From contig JBHGNT010000004.1 in assembly GCA_043228905.1 (NCBI GenBank), positions 23,560,001-23,624,000 on the forward strand: a DNA stretch of 64,000 nucleotides, in the 5' to 3' direction. How positions within the stretch are numbered: position 1 is the first letter of the stretch; the number at the start of each line of letters is the position of its first letter. Shown here piece by piece: positions 45,170 to 58,034 of this stretch. The translations under genes and the position numbers were made by a program. A model generated the notes under the pieces. The model saw nothing but the letters and a program-made list of their open reading frames with translations, was not told the DNA's origin and did no database searches. Source of the DNA: Azolla caroliniana (lineage: Eukaryota; Plantae; Polypodiophyta).

Positions 45170-46420
45170 AAAAGAGTTCTAGTTCCATTTCCATCCAAGT
45201 CTCTCGAAAAGGAGTGGGAGGTCAAAGGGTTTCGATGTGGGTGTGGCCCATGGTCCCGATGTAAAAGGTACCCCGACCATAGCTTCTAGGCGGTGTAAGT
45301 CACATTCCCTTATCTTCTTAATTGCTTCTACACAACAAGTGACTTTGAGGCTAAACATCCGAGGGTGTTTGGTTATTCTTTGGTTTTCTACTTCAGTGAG
45401 GGAGAGGCTGAGTGGTGCAAGTGTGTCCATGCTCATCGTCCCCTCTTGTCCCTAAAAAATTTCATTGGTTACATGTTGGTGAATATTAGGAAGGTTATAG
45501 TTAGCATTTTGTAGCTTATTCTCTCTCTATGTTGTTTTAGCTCTAAGATATGTCTACCTAGTTTCTTTATATCTAGGGTATTTAATAGTTTGGAGACAGT
45601 GGGAGAGGCTCAAAGTATGTCTTGGTATTTTGCCCTTTTCTCAACATCATTTGGACACTTGCATGTAAAGTGATACTCATCCTCTATCTCTATGTGATGT
45701 AATCTACATATCCTTTCCTCTATGGGGACACCATTAGCACGACCATTCTCAACCTTAAGTTGGTGAGATGATACTCTAAGTTATCCAATAGCAAACCTTA
45801 GTGCATTTGGTAAGAACAAAACCCAACTGAAAGAAGTGCACGATGTTCCTTATAGTGCACCATTTTAGATGGGAGTGGCTCTAGTGGGTTGATCCATTTA
45901 TGTCAAGTGTAAACTTGCCATATTTCTTGGCGTATTACTTTATTACGGTCCTCATGAGAGATTAAAGTTTTATCGGTCTCATGGTTGTACTTAAGAGGAG
46001 GTAGGTTATTAATGTCTAGGTCATTTGCAAAAAGCCAACTTACCACAATGCTATACCAAGAGCTATTATCGTCAAACTCATAGAGTGATCGAGATGCCTT
46101 GAAAGCTTGATGAGAAATCCTATGTTGTGATTGGCTATGTATCCTATCAATAAAAACTATAAGTTGAAAAAGTGCTTCTACTAGCATGGGGGGTAAAGTG
46201 AACTCTGCTCTAATGATGTCATGTGGCGTAATTGATTTGCTTCGGAGTTGATGTGATAGCATCATCACTAATAGTCTCTCTAATTGCGCCCACATGAAAG
46301 GTGGTAGCCTTGGAGCCCAAACCACTGATGCATACATGAGGGAAGGGGTCACTAAGGAGTCAAAGAGCCACCCCTTAGTTCATGGCTCTTGAAAGTATGT
46401 ATGGTGGCATTGTCTTGAGA
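45170..46420 (-). mobile_element. 5'-truncated LINE (RTE/L2-like ORF2 C-terminus and 3' tail)
   Basis: GWLFDSLVTPSLMYASVVWAP..., LRVSSHQLKVENGR...EERICRL..IEDEYHFTCKC (LINE C-terminal zinc-finger-like region); (TTTTA)n-type tail near 45145-45170. Confidence 0.75.
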
Positions 46421-46451
46421 GAGAGATATATATATTTAATTATCGTCTTTA

Positions 46452-46785
46452 GAGGTCAAATATGACACATGACACCAAAAACATAACATTTTTCACATAA
46501 TAAATATGAAAGAGAGTAAGGACTCTCGATGTTCAAGAATTTTACTAATGAATGTTGCAATTAATCAAAGTGCACATTGTGACTATGAGAGAAATTTCTG
46601 CAAGGATTGGATTTGGTTAAAGATGTGCGGAAAGCATGGTCGAATGTGATGAAAGGCACCATTGTCATTGTATCAAAGTGTGACATTGATCAAACTCCCA
46701 AACTCATTCAGGGAAAAATGTGCATAATATTTGACTACTCTCATCACATGTGCGCTAATGTCCCGTCTTAAATCTAGCAAGTGTG
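46452..46785. repeat. Dispersed ~320-bp repeat, copy 2
   Basis: Diverged direct copy of 44718-45030. Confidence 0.7.
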
Positions 46786-48436
46786 AATGAGAGAGAGAAG
46801 GTCCAAATTGTAGTTATCACCTAGTGTGAGGGAGATAGATTAACATAATATGATGACAACCAACTTGTCGAGGGTTGATTAATATTTCTTATCGTGCAAG
46901 GAGTGGCCAACCATCACCTTTGGCCAATGATCTATCAAGGTGAGTTTCCAATCCCTCACATATAGGTTGTGAGAGTTTATCCCCTTAAATTCTGCATTTG
47001 GGAAATGGTAAATTAGTTGACAAAGTAACATTTCAACCACATTGATTGTAAGACCAAATATTTAACAGATAAAAATGAGGGATGTGAAAGGTATACAAAA
47101 AATAAAAGAAAAAACTTTGGTGGAAGGGGAATTTCAACAAAACAATAGGGATAAGAGGCCACATGCCAATATATAAGGCATAAAATTTTATTTTCATTTA
47201 TAGGATGAAAAATAGCTTTTTATTGCTATATAATAGGAGTGTATGAATAAGCAAACTTTCTCATTCTAAGAGAAACTATTTGATGGACCGAGATCCTACA
47301 TAATAACCATGTAGCCCATACCAATGCACCTTGGTTTGCACTGTGATCTAACTATGAACATTGCCCCAAATTTTATGGCTCATTTCTTTACCATGGATGC
47401 TAGTCTTTAATGTATTCATCCCTACCATCATTCAGTTAGTTTGGACCTCTTGTCTAATAGGTATCCCTTAGATACGTCAAAAATCTTACGAAACATGCCT
47501 TCCACATTGGTTAGATTATTGTTATGGTTGAGGATGTATGGAGATTCTTGTGTATATAAAGCCAAATGACAAGGATAATATGCACATTGGCAAGTGGCCC
47601 ATATCGCGACAAAGAGAGAAAAACCCTAGATTCTAAGGCATTCTTCTTGCAATAAAAGAATTGAAATAGAGGGGTGGATGCAATATTCCATCCCAGCAAA
47701 CTTTAACAGACCCTTTGATGAGAATGCTTAATAAAGAAGATTGGATATTCTTTGCGACCTAAGTAGATTAAAACTTTTTTGGTGCACTAAATTTTCACGG
47801 TTACATAATAGTTAATGTAGAATTCGATATTGTTTCTGTAAAATTACATAAAACTTTTGGCTCTTGTTTCTGCAAAATTATAATTTGAAATTTGGAAAAT
47901 CATTTAGTGTTTTTGTTTTTAAGATTTCAATGGATTATATTATTTTGATAGACTGAGTAATGATGTATAATGTTTGAATTTTGGTATATTGAGTTATTAA
48001 CTTTGAGGAAATCATATCAAATGGAGGATTCATTGAAAGCATAAAATTTATATGATGTTCAAACTAGGGTTTGAGCTGTTATCTACCTCCCATGTGTATA
48101 AAGTAGTGTGCACGTTGAATATGGTTGCATTTATGGATCACCTTCCCCAAGGGGTTCCAATTACATTGTATTCTTATCAGTAGTCAATTGTCTAGACTCA
48201 ACAATTACACCATTTTTACCTTGAGAATCCTTCTTTGGAGAAAGGATATTCGTATTTCCTTAGTTTTAATATTAAGTATTTTTTATCAGCAATCAAGCTT
48301 GGCGAGACCTACAAGAATAAACTTCGTAACATAGTAATTGATTGTATTTATCACAAACTTTTGGTGAGTTACTTCATTAACAATTGTTTTGTAAAATTAG
48401 TAGACCAATTAGATAGATGATGATATTTTTTATTAT

Positions 48437-48595
48437 TTCAAGTGATGTTGTTGATGGTAGTACCAACACTACCTACTAGTTTGCATCTTGTTATTCCAAG
48501 TGAATGTTGTTGATACTACTACCAACACTATCTAGTAGTTTGTTTCTCAGTGTTAGTAATGATGTTGCTTATACTAGTACCAACACCATCTAACA
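48437..48595. repeat. Minisatellite, ~3 diverged copies of ~59 bp
   Basis: gatgttgttgat..tagtaccaacac.a.cta repeated. Confidence 0.7.
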
Positions 48596-49435
48596 AATCA
48601 ATTTATCTATGTCCAAGTTTAGCTTTAAAGATACTCGCTAGAGAGAGGGGAAAGGTGAATATCCAATTATATCAAGCTGCAACACATGTATATCAATAGT
48701 GTTGTCCATTGATGTACACTTAATTTATGTTCCCTTCTTTAACCTCTCTCTCGTACTACATTGCACTTGTTGTATATACTTGAGCACAATAACAATGAAC
48801 TCCTTAACGTTAGGATCTTTTATGTACTCTTAAAAAATATTACAATGATCAACTTCAAGATATTTTACCTTTCACAATTCTCAACAATAATGTGCACCAT
48901 TTTGTTATCACGTCCCCTCATTAGTATTCACTTAGGGCAACCATATGTTTTCAACCCTGGAGTTCATGGAAAATGAAAATTTAACCCAATTTGATAAGAG
49001 ACAAAGTTTTTTCTTTTTTATTGGCTTCCACTCTTATTAGTATTGCCTTACAAAAACATCATTTTGGTATTGAACCCTTGTGTCATGGAAAGTGAAATTG
49101 TAAAGTCATATTATGAATTTATTATTGGATAAATTTTGACGTTGTTATAAGAAGGCAATAGTAACATGTGATCCAACCCGTGGGCCATGGAAGTAAGTCC
49201 ATAACTAGTAAAGTCACTTAGCGCAACTATATGTTTTCAACCCTAGAGTTCTTTCATTTTATGTAAAAATATTGCTACATAAATATTGCAAACAAAAGAA
49301 TACAAGTTGGGACACAACAAACTAATGTCTCACAAGTGGTGATTCACCAATTAAATCTAACAATTGCCTTCAATGACTAGTAGATTACAATAAAGTGGAT
49401 GCAAAATTTTGAATTCATAAATAACATTATGTCAT

Positions 49436-49674
49436 TAGGAGTCGACAATGGCTTGGCTCAAGCAACAACCGAGTCGTTAAACCATTTTAAAACCGTTGAC
49501 AATTCAGGTGAGTTCATTCAAGGCTTGAGCTTGGTTTTGTTCAGCTTGAGCCCTATCAATACCAAACCAATTCCCAAAACCAAGTTTGGAAACTCCTAAA
49601 CCGATTACGACTTGTCGGTTTGGCTTGGACACACCAAACCGATTAAGCTGAAACCAACCCATTGTCGATTCCTA
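49436..49674. mobile_element. MITE (hAT-like non-autonomous element), 239 bp
   Basis: 16-bp terminal inverted repeats taggagtcgacaatgg / ccattgtcgattccta (1 mismatch) and internal aaaccga-type motifs. TSD not clean. Confidence 0.7.
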
Positions 49675-51350
49675 TGCATCACTATATTTATCATAACAAT
49701 ATTGATATTCAACAAAAATACACACACTTGTATCCCACATATATTAATATGTCATATTTAGAGAATATAAGAGTAACAAATGTTCGAAAATAGCTTGAGT
49801 GCATTTTTGTTGTATCAATAAAATATATGGATGTTTAGATATGCTATTGTTGACATAGTTTACAAATATGTGTGAACCTAGTCATTCATGGTGTATATAA
49901 TACTTGCTAATGTATAAAAAGAAACCTCTTAAGAGGTACATTGTTCATTTGGACAAACAATGGAAGATGTGATCAAGAATGAAGAAAGAGAAGAAACATG
50001 TTTCCCAAGTACGAGGCATATTCAATTAATGGTTGGGAGGTGTGGTTGGCAACCATGTAATAAATAGTACCACAAGCACAACTAGGCAAGTAAGGTAATA
50101 TACTGGCAAATTGCAAATCTTCATTTACAAGATGTCACTAATATTGTAACTAATTTAAATATCAAAGGAAAGGATCTACATCCATCCAACCATGTGGTGG
50201 GAATTGCACATTTTGACCCATACTCCAAACAATACCTAAATCTAGTGAAAGACCAAGTTCATAGCTTCACACAACTCCTCCTTCAAAATCACTTGATCCT
50301 CACTAGGAGGCCATGACAATGTTTTGACTAAAATAATTACCTATCTCTTTAGCAATCCGAGAATATGCAAGTATATGAACGACATTACAAAGCCAAAATC
50401 TAAGTGCAAAATTTTCCCAACTATCTTATAAGGAGAAAACGCGCTCAATATATATTTGTTAACAATATATTTAATATTCATGATTCATTCATGCAAGTAA
50501 ACATACCTCTTTCTTACACGAGATTACATCTTAAAATTAGGTCTTTAGAAGAACAAAACAAAACAAAAGTTAACTATTCACCCACTTTGAAAACAATGAA
50601 ATTGAAACACAAATTTGCCAACAGGATGTGGTAGGTTGTAAAATATTGCAGCTAGCTAGTACAAGCCTTTTACATTTTAAAGTGTCATTTCAACATGCAT
50701 ATCAAGCACATCACAAATTATATTAATTTGGGAAGTCAAATTGTTTCCTTATGAATAGTATAGGCATTACAAACCTAAGGGGTCAAGTTAGGATATAAGA
50801 CACTTCATAATGCTATATGTCCAAGTGGACCATAAACCAAAGCTTCATAAAAAACCACTTACAATATAACAAATTCAAATCACTAATTGATTAATTGTAC
50901 TTGTGGTGAGATAGAGATACCCAAAGATCATAGAGATAGTAGCGGTTGATAATCATTAATTAATTTAATTGAATCTAGAGTGCTAAGTTGAGATTCAAGA
51001 CTTTGCAATTGATAATCATTAATTAATTAATTGAACTTAAATTAAAAAAAGAGTGCTAAATTCAAGTCTTTATAATTGGAAGGGGTATTACAATACATTA
51101 AGAAAACAAGGCAGGGAGGGGGTTGATTCTTGGTAGTGATTCTGAAGGGGTATTCTAATAATTTATGAAAACATAAGAGACATCTTGGGGTATGGATTTA
51201 TTAGTAGGCGTAATTACTAGGGGTATTTATACGTATAAAGTTGAAAAGAGTACAATACCGTATAAATTAAAATATAGTGGACGACAAAAATGGGAAAAAC
51301 AAAAGGGTATAAAGTACCGTATTTATACCTTTCCATTAAAAGCCAGATGC

Positions 51351-51507
51351 AGAAGAAGAAGAAGAAGAAGAAGAAGAAGAAGAAGAAGAAGAAGAGAAGC
51401 AGTTACAAAATACGAACGCTTTTAACCTAAATAATAATAAAGCTTGAATCCCATCTCGCTGTATTCTGTCTGTCTGTCTGTCTGTCTGTCTGTGTCTGTG
51501 TCTGTGT
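51351..51507. repeat. (GAA)n and (TCTG)n/(TCTGTG)n microsatellites
   Basis: Directly visible. Confidence 0.9.
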
Positions 51508-51707
51508 ACCTGTCTCGATGACAGTAGGTACTGTTAACAGTATCGTTATGGAGCTGCACTGTACTCTCCTGTACTTGCCTTACCTCCTTGATTACCCTGG
51601 GCCTTTGACACTTGCCCAAAACGGGAAATTTAATACCATCTCAGAATGACATTTCAATATTTCCTATTATAAAACGAGCACGATCGATCCGTTCCCCATA
51701 CTTCTTT

Positions 51708-52062
51708 TTCTTTTAATTAATTGTTTCTTTACTCGCTTTGAATAACATGATATCTAAAATTATTTCAGCCTTGTTTTTTTTGTTTCTTTTTCATTCAAGA
51801 AGAGAATGGTCGGCGGGGGTTTCTAATTCTGCATATTTCTCTTTTAATTAATTGTTTCTTTACTCGCTTTGAATTAACATAATATCTAATTATTTTCAGC
51901 CTTTTTTTTTTTGTTTCTTTATGATTCAAGAAGAGAATGGTCGCGAAACCATTGTTTCTTTACTCGCTTTGAATTAACATAATATCTAATTATTTTCAGC
52001 CTTGTTTTTTTTGTTTCTTTATGATTCAAGAAGAGAATGGTCGCGGGGGTTTCTAATTCTGC
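51708..52062. repeat. Triplicated ~100-130-bp AT-rich unit
   Basis: attgtttctttactcgctttgaat.aacat.atatctaa...ttcaagaagagaatggtcg present three times. Confidence 0.85.
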
Positions 52063-52334
52063 ACTTCATTTTCTTTGATTTTTACCCCTGTTTTTTTATT
52101 ATTTGATTAGGTTTAACTCCGTTTATTTTGTGTTTCTTTTTATTTGATTAGGTTTAATACGAAATTTGATTCGTTTTCCTGCAGATGATCCATATCGATC
52201 TATTACATGTTAAAACAAACAAATCAATCAGTCGATTGAAATAAGGAATAAATAAATCAGAGATTATATATGAGACGGAGCAGTTCGAATTAAAAATAAA
52301 TCAGAGACTCTGAGTGGATGAAAGCGTAGCATGC

Positions 52335-52707
52335 GCTTGCTTGCAGCAGGAAGAGAGAGATCACAGCCCTACACATGAGCTACATCATAATATTAACAAA
52401 TTACATCATAATATTAACCCTAAACCCTAAACCCGCAATATATTAACAAATTACATCAAAATATTAACCCTAAACCCTAAACCCACAATATATTAGCAAA
52501 TTACAACAATAATATTAATAAATTACATAAATATATTATTCGATAGATACACACGACAATTGAATCCTCTCTCAAATTAAAGGTTCAAAATGAAGATGGT
52601 AATTAACACGAATCCAACGATTAATTAAACAAGAAATTTACACAAATAGATAAAAAACAGATATAGTAAGGTAGGGCTGTGCTCTCTCTCTTCTGCAGCA
52701 AGGAAGC
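52335..52707 (-). ncRNA. MIR529: MIR529 precursor (miR156/529 superfamily); mature miR529 AGAAGAGAGAGAGCACAGCCC at 52694-52674, predicted star GCUGUGAUCUCUCUCUUCCUGC at 52367-52346
   Basis: The 21-mer matches the miR529 sequence as I recall it from mosses and other land plants. Arms 52671-52707 and 52335-52372 form a ~37-bp stem with three mismatches and one bulge. A TATA box lies ~260 nt upstream on the same strand. Confidence 0.8.
52416..52484. repeat. Two short telomeric (CCCTAAA)n tracts in a 50-bp tandem duplication inside the MIR529 loop
   Basis: aaccctaaaccctaaaccc at 52416-52434 and 52466-52484. Confidence 0.9.
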
Positions 52708-52968
52708 CACCGTTTCTGTAACCATTAAAAAGGAAAGAAAAGAAAAACTCCGATCTATCCTTTCATCTAATAAATTGCAGGATTGATTGGGAACTGATTA
52801 TGTCATGGAAATGGAAATGAGAAAATATGAAGAGCGATGCGAATTTGGATGAGAATACTGAATCTAATTATGAATGTTAAAAAAATGGGGGGGATGATTA
52901 TAACATGCAGGTTTGAAATACTGGTTGAGAAGATTAATTACTTAATGGCTTGAAACAGCATGAACGTC

Positions 52969-52979
52969 CTTATATAGGA
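52969..52979 (-). promoter_or_regulatory. Candidate TATA box for pri-MIR529
   Basis: Minus strand reads ttcCTATATAAGgac, upstream of the hairpin 5' arm. Confidence 0.45.
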
Positions 52980-53447
52980 AAGGAAGGGCAGGAATATTCC
53001 CTCAAATTTCCATTTTTAGCCCTATAATTACTGTATATTTATAATTTTGTTTTATTTGTTCTTCCATCACCCCTCTCCTTCGATAACGACAAAGACCCCT
53101 TCCTTATTTTCCTCTAAATAGTAATAATAATAAATAAATAAATAGAAATAAAAATAAAATAGAATAAAATAAATAAAATTAAAATTAAATACTCAAGAAC
53201 CTTTTTCCTCGGGGGATATCTTGCCTTGTTTCCTTCTTCTTTTTTCTCTTTAATTAATTTTTAATACAGTAATAATAATAATAATAATAGTAATTTAATA
53301 ATTATCTTGTCTCTAGCTCCATTTTCTCTCCATTACCTTCAGCATTTTTGAAGACCGAAGTTAAGGTTTCATTTAAAAACAAACAACTTTTATCAAATAT
53401 AATAGATCTAGTATATACATATATGTATATATAATGTGTGTTGAAGC

Positions 53448-53865
53448 CTATTGGCCTAGGCCCTACAGTTTAGGTCGTGGCCCCAATTATAGTCTCTAAG
53501 ATTTAAACTTGGTGTTGCTGAGTGTCAATTTTTTATAACGTTGAAACATTCATGGGCAATTGTCGATGGACTATGGTCATTTCGAAGAGAACCATAGCAC
53601 CGACTATACACATGATATTGGTTTTACGGACGTTCAATCAGTAGTTTCTTGCACCGACTATTGGCCTAGGCCCTACAGTTTAGGTCGTGGCCCCAATTAT
53701 AGTCTCTAAGATTTAAACTTGGTGTTGCTGAGTGTCAATTTTTTATAACGTTGAAACATTCATGGGCAATTGTCGATGGACTATGGTCATTTCGAAGAGA
53801 ACCATAGCACCGACTATACACATGATATTGGTTTTACGGACGTTCAATCAGTAGTTTCTTGCACC
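53448..53865. repeat. Perfect tandem duplication, 210-bp period
   Basis: ctattggcctaggccctacag...gtagtttcttgcacc at 53448-53655 and 53658-53865; no differences seen. Confidence 0.92.
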
Positions 53866-54183
53866 TCAATAATTATGAGCATGATGGTCTTTTGGAAGAG
53901 GACTATCACCAATATTTGTACAATATTGTTTTGTCGGAAACAAACTCTTGATTTGGCCACTTCTTATAATTATGGGCATCCATATATTGACTTTACATAT
54001 TATCATTATATTGAACGCGGAGGGAAGGGGGGCTTTTCACATGTTTCCCCATTTTTCCTTGGCTTTTCCATGTTCCATGCCATTACAAAACCCAAAAGTT
54101 TATTGAATAGTCTAAAATGCACTTTAAAAATGTCCTATCTACTAATATATATTTAGTGTACATACTAGTTCACCTATGTAACC

Positions 54184-54345
54184 AGCTTCCCTAGATATTT
54201 TTGGGGCATCCAAAATACACCTAGTTATACATTTATATCAAGTTTCACTTTTGAAACCCTCTAAAGCTTCCCTAGATATTTTTGGGGCATCCAAAATACA
54301 CCTACTTATACATTTATATCAAGTTTCACTTTTGAAACCCTCTAA
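54184..54345. repeat. 81-bp tandem duplication
   Basis: agcttccctagatatttttggggcatcc...gaaaccctctaa twice, 1 mismatch. Confidence 0.9.
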
Positions 54346-57300
54346 ATATTCTGCCAGGCTTCAAACTTAATTGGTGCTTCTCTCTCTCCATTGAAGTGTG
54401 TGCCTATATTAACTAGCTTTACTGATGCATTGAAAAGAGCACGTTCCATGTTCATGATCCCCAACATCTGCAAGTGGTTTGTCACCACGTCATGAAGAAG
54501 ACAAAAATAATGAGAGGATGCCTGAGCGGATCACATTATTTTTCAGTTAGAGAGAGAAAGAGAGACTAAAGATGATGATATTTTAACATCCTCAAAAGGC
54601 CACAAACATGACCTAATGAGCATGACTGAGAAAAAAGCGTTAATGTAATTAATTCCTAGCGAGTCTCCTCTACTAGTCTAGGGGAAGTAGCCACACATGG
54701 ATAGTGTAGTTTTTCAAAACCAATAATATGCGTATCAATGATCAACACACATTTGTGCCAACTAAGAGATGTGGTTTGATGTGTCCAACTTGAGGAATTG
54801 TTTGAGGACGTTAATGCGTGTGGTAATTGATGGTCATAGAAAGCATTGTTAGTCAATGTTTGTGAATGCTTCATGTCATAGTGTGACATTCTCCTCGTGA
54901 TAGGCCGGGAAGAATTATATATTAGCTTTACTATATTGAATTTTCTCCAAGATTTCTTCTTGATTTCAAGATCATAGTTACAAGTTTTGCAAAGGGGGAC
55001 TAGTCCTCTCGATTAAATGGCCTTGGGGGAAGGGGAGAAGATTTGGTTGGGGTCATTTTGTTATTTTTATCGTACTTATGCTAACATGTTGGGTTTATGT
55101 AACTATACTTCAATTTTCTATGCTTGCATCCTCACTTCGTGTGGTTGTGATTGTATCCATAAAGCATGATTTGGCATTGTTTGTCATGAGCATTTTATCA
55201 ACATCTAGCTTAATGTTGTCACATTCCTCTCTAGAATAATGCCTCATTTTGTTTTATTGTCAACTATAAGTTGATAGAATTTTCTTTTCATTTGTTTTTT
55301 GTGTCTTTTTGCTAACATCCAAGGCTTGTAGGATTGGTAGGTGATGGCATGCCTAATCCATGTTGCCTGCTCCAATCCACATGCTTATGAACCCTCAAAG
55401 ACCCTCTAGTTTGATGGGCTCAACAAGAACAATTACCAAAAGTTTACCCTCTTTCATTAAAAGTGAGATAATGAGTATGATGTGGTCATCTTGACCATTA
55501 CATGGGTAATGCAACATGATGATGTCATTTAGTCAAGAGTGTTCAATGATTAAAATAATCAAACTTTTTATAGTTCAACAATAGTAACTATTTGTATGAA
55601 CTATAACTTAGGTCATTTGTGAGTATGGAAATTACTAACAAGTTAAACTAATTATTGAAAAATTATAAGTGAATTTGTGACATTACTCTTAATTTGACGC
55701 GTATGCAGCTATATTACTATGGCTATTGCTTGCATTTTGAATTGGAAAACTTGCATCCTTTTTTACATGAAGCACTATTTGGATTTAAGCCATTTTTCTA
55801 TGAATAAAGGCCCCAAGAGATTTCCATTCTAGCCTAATAAAATGTAGGCTTCTTAAGTTTATATTATTTTGAATGTCTTTATTAAGGATATAACACTAAC
55901 CATTCTATGGAGCTGGATCAATCGTGACCAAAGATCACGTTATTATTCATGAATTGTAACATCCATTGCCCATCTTTATCAATTGACTTGTGATTTTTTT
56001 GTGGTGTTAATGTTTATTTTATGCTCATGATTCTGCATGTGGCTTAAAAAGGAGAACATGTTTTTCGGAGGAGTTCATTTCCTCTAAAAGATCTCTCCCA
56101 CAGGTGTGGATGAAGGTGCTAGTTGGACTGGGGTAGAAATTAGAGTATAATATATTGAAAGTTTAATATTATCCGTGAAATTCCAATTTAATTATTATTT
56201 AATAAAGAGTTACCTAACATATGATCACGATACCGTATATGTAAAGCCATGACAATGGATTGTCATGTTTAGATCATCACAACAAATCATTAGCTCAAAT
56301 ATCTAATTCTCAAATATAGTTGTATTAGATATTTTTGTTGGCCATCTATAAACATGATGCAATGTAATATGATGTACTCAGCTGGCCAAGTTTATTAAAG
56401 GTATTAGACTTATCATTGTAGATCAATGATGTTAATTTGTTTGTTACATAATTAATTGCTTGTCTTATTATGTGACTAAGTTTGGAATCACTAAAAAGGT
56501 GTTTGTGGCAACATATTGTACACAATTGATGGTTACCTCCACTTTCTACTTTCGAAAGAATTGATGAAGCAAATATGCATATATGCATATTTACCAAAGT
56601 TAAAACCATATCGAACATCTGTAATTGGATGCAATTTATAACAAGGAATAACTTTTCTTGAGCCCCCATGCTCTCTTAAAATAATGTACGTGAGACACTC
56701 CTATAATGACATAGGCCCACATGATAGGATGGGGAGTTCTTTATCTAGTCTAATTCAATGTTCTCTCCCATAAGATTGTTCTTTATGATTAACACGATCA
56801 AAAGCACATTGGATATCGTGGGATTAGTGGGATTTGTTTTAATTTGTTGACACATCCCAATAATCTTTTGAAAAGCAATACTCATGAAGAAGGGTAATTC
56901 CTTTTCATTATAAGAAGTCTATAAATACTAATAAACATATTGTCAACACATGTTGGGTTGACATTTGACGAGGTTTACATTGATTACTATAACCTCTTAC
57001 AACGTCATTGGTTGGATTAATCCCTTGAATTTCTCAATGTTGCACTATCTTGTACTTATTTTTTCCCCTCGTGTTATATTTGCTCAAAATAGTCCTTATC
57101 ATTTTCTTGTGTCTTAATGATCTTACATGTTCTTTGATGTGTTTGTTAAAATATTACTTTGATCCATAGTCTAATATTTTTCGATGACCTCAAAATTTGT
57201 TTACCACTACATAAATCTGATTCTAATGTCTTCACAACTTTTCCATCCATTTGAACATCACATAATCATGAACCAAAAGTGCTTTCAATCTCCTCTAAGA

Positions 57301-58034
57301 TAGGGGTAATCTCCTCCCAATTCACTATAAAGAAATGCGTGATGTCAGTTAATAACTTTGCATCGATTAATATTTTCTCAAGGGGGAGTGGGTCATTATT
57401 GGTAATTTTAACTGTCTATATCATGTGTTTAAGGCTTTCTACAAAGACGTATTGATGGATTTTAATTGAATTGAATGGATCCTTGCATAGCCTTGGTAAG
57501 TTATGCATTGTCATTAAATTATATTTGAAAAGGGTATTTAAGGACCCTTGACATTGAGCTCATGTGGCTTGATCATTTGTCTATGCATTTGAGTAGCAGT
57601 GTTTATAATTTGCCAAGATGCAAAGCCAATCAATAATCACCGTATATTTTGAGAAAAGGTTGTGTCCATGTGGAGAATATAATCAAATAATCATTTCAAA
57701 ACTTTCTAATTTATATTAGGGAGTTCTATATTTTCATGCATACGGATCGATGCATTTGTGTATTCAATGAAGATTGAGAGTGTAGGAGCAAATTAGGAAA
57801 AATATATAAGAATTTATACCTTTTACATGCGAGAGGATAGCAAAGTAGGTAGCTCAAAAATCCAAGCCAATGGATGTTGCTCTTGATTTGGGCTCATGGC
57901 ATGTTGTTGGAAACTGTTTTGACACCTAATTTTGCCCGAAGAGAAAGTGGCACCCTATGTTGTACATTCTCCTCGTAAATTAGCACCAAGGAAACAACTC
58001 ATGATATGTAAATACATCCAACGATGTGGAGAAT

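Noticed and set aside
51500-51620. Second miRNA, snoRNA or snRNA
   Set aside because: Only short palindromes; no extended hairpin, convincing C/D or H/ACA boxes, or recognisable snRNA sequence.
52410-52490. Telomerase RNA template candidate
   Set aside because: The surrounding sequence is very AT-rich and tandemly duplicated, with no recognisable USE/TATA Pol III promoter or G-rich 5' end; it lies inside the miR529 loop.
52674-52696. miR156/529 target site of an SPL gene
   Set aside because: No SBP-domain coding sequence nearby, and a complementary arm exists, so it is better explained as a MIR529 hairpin.
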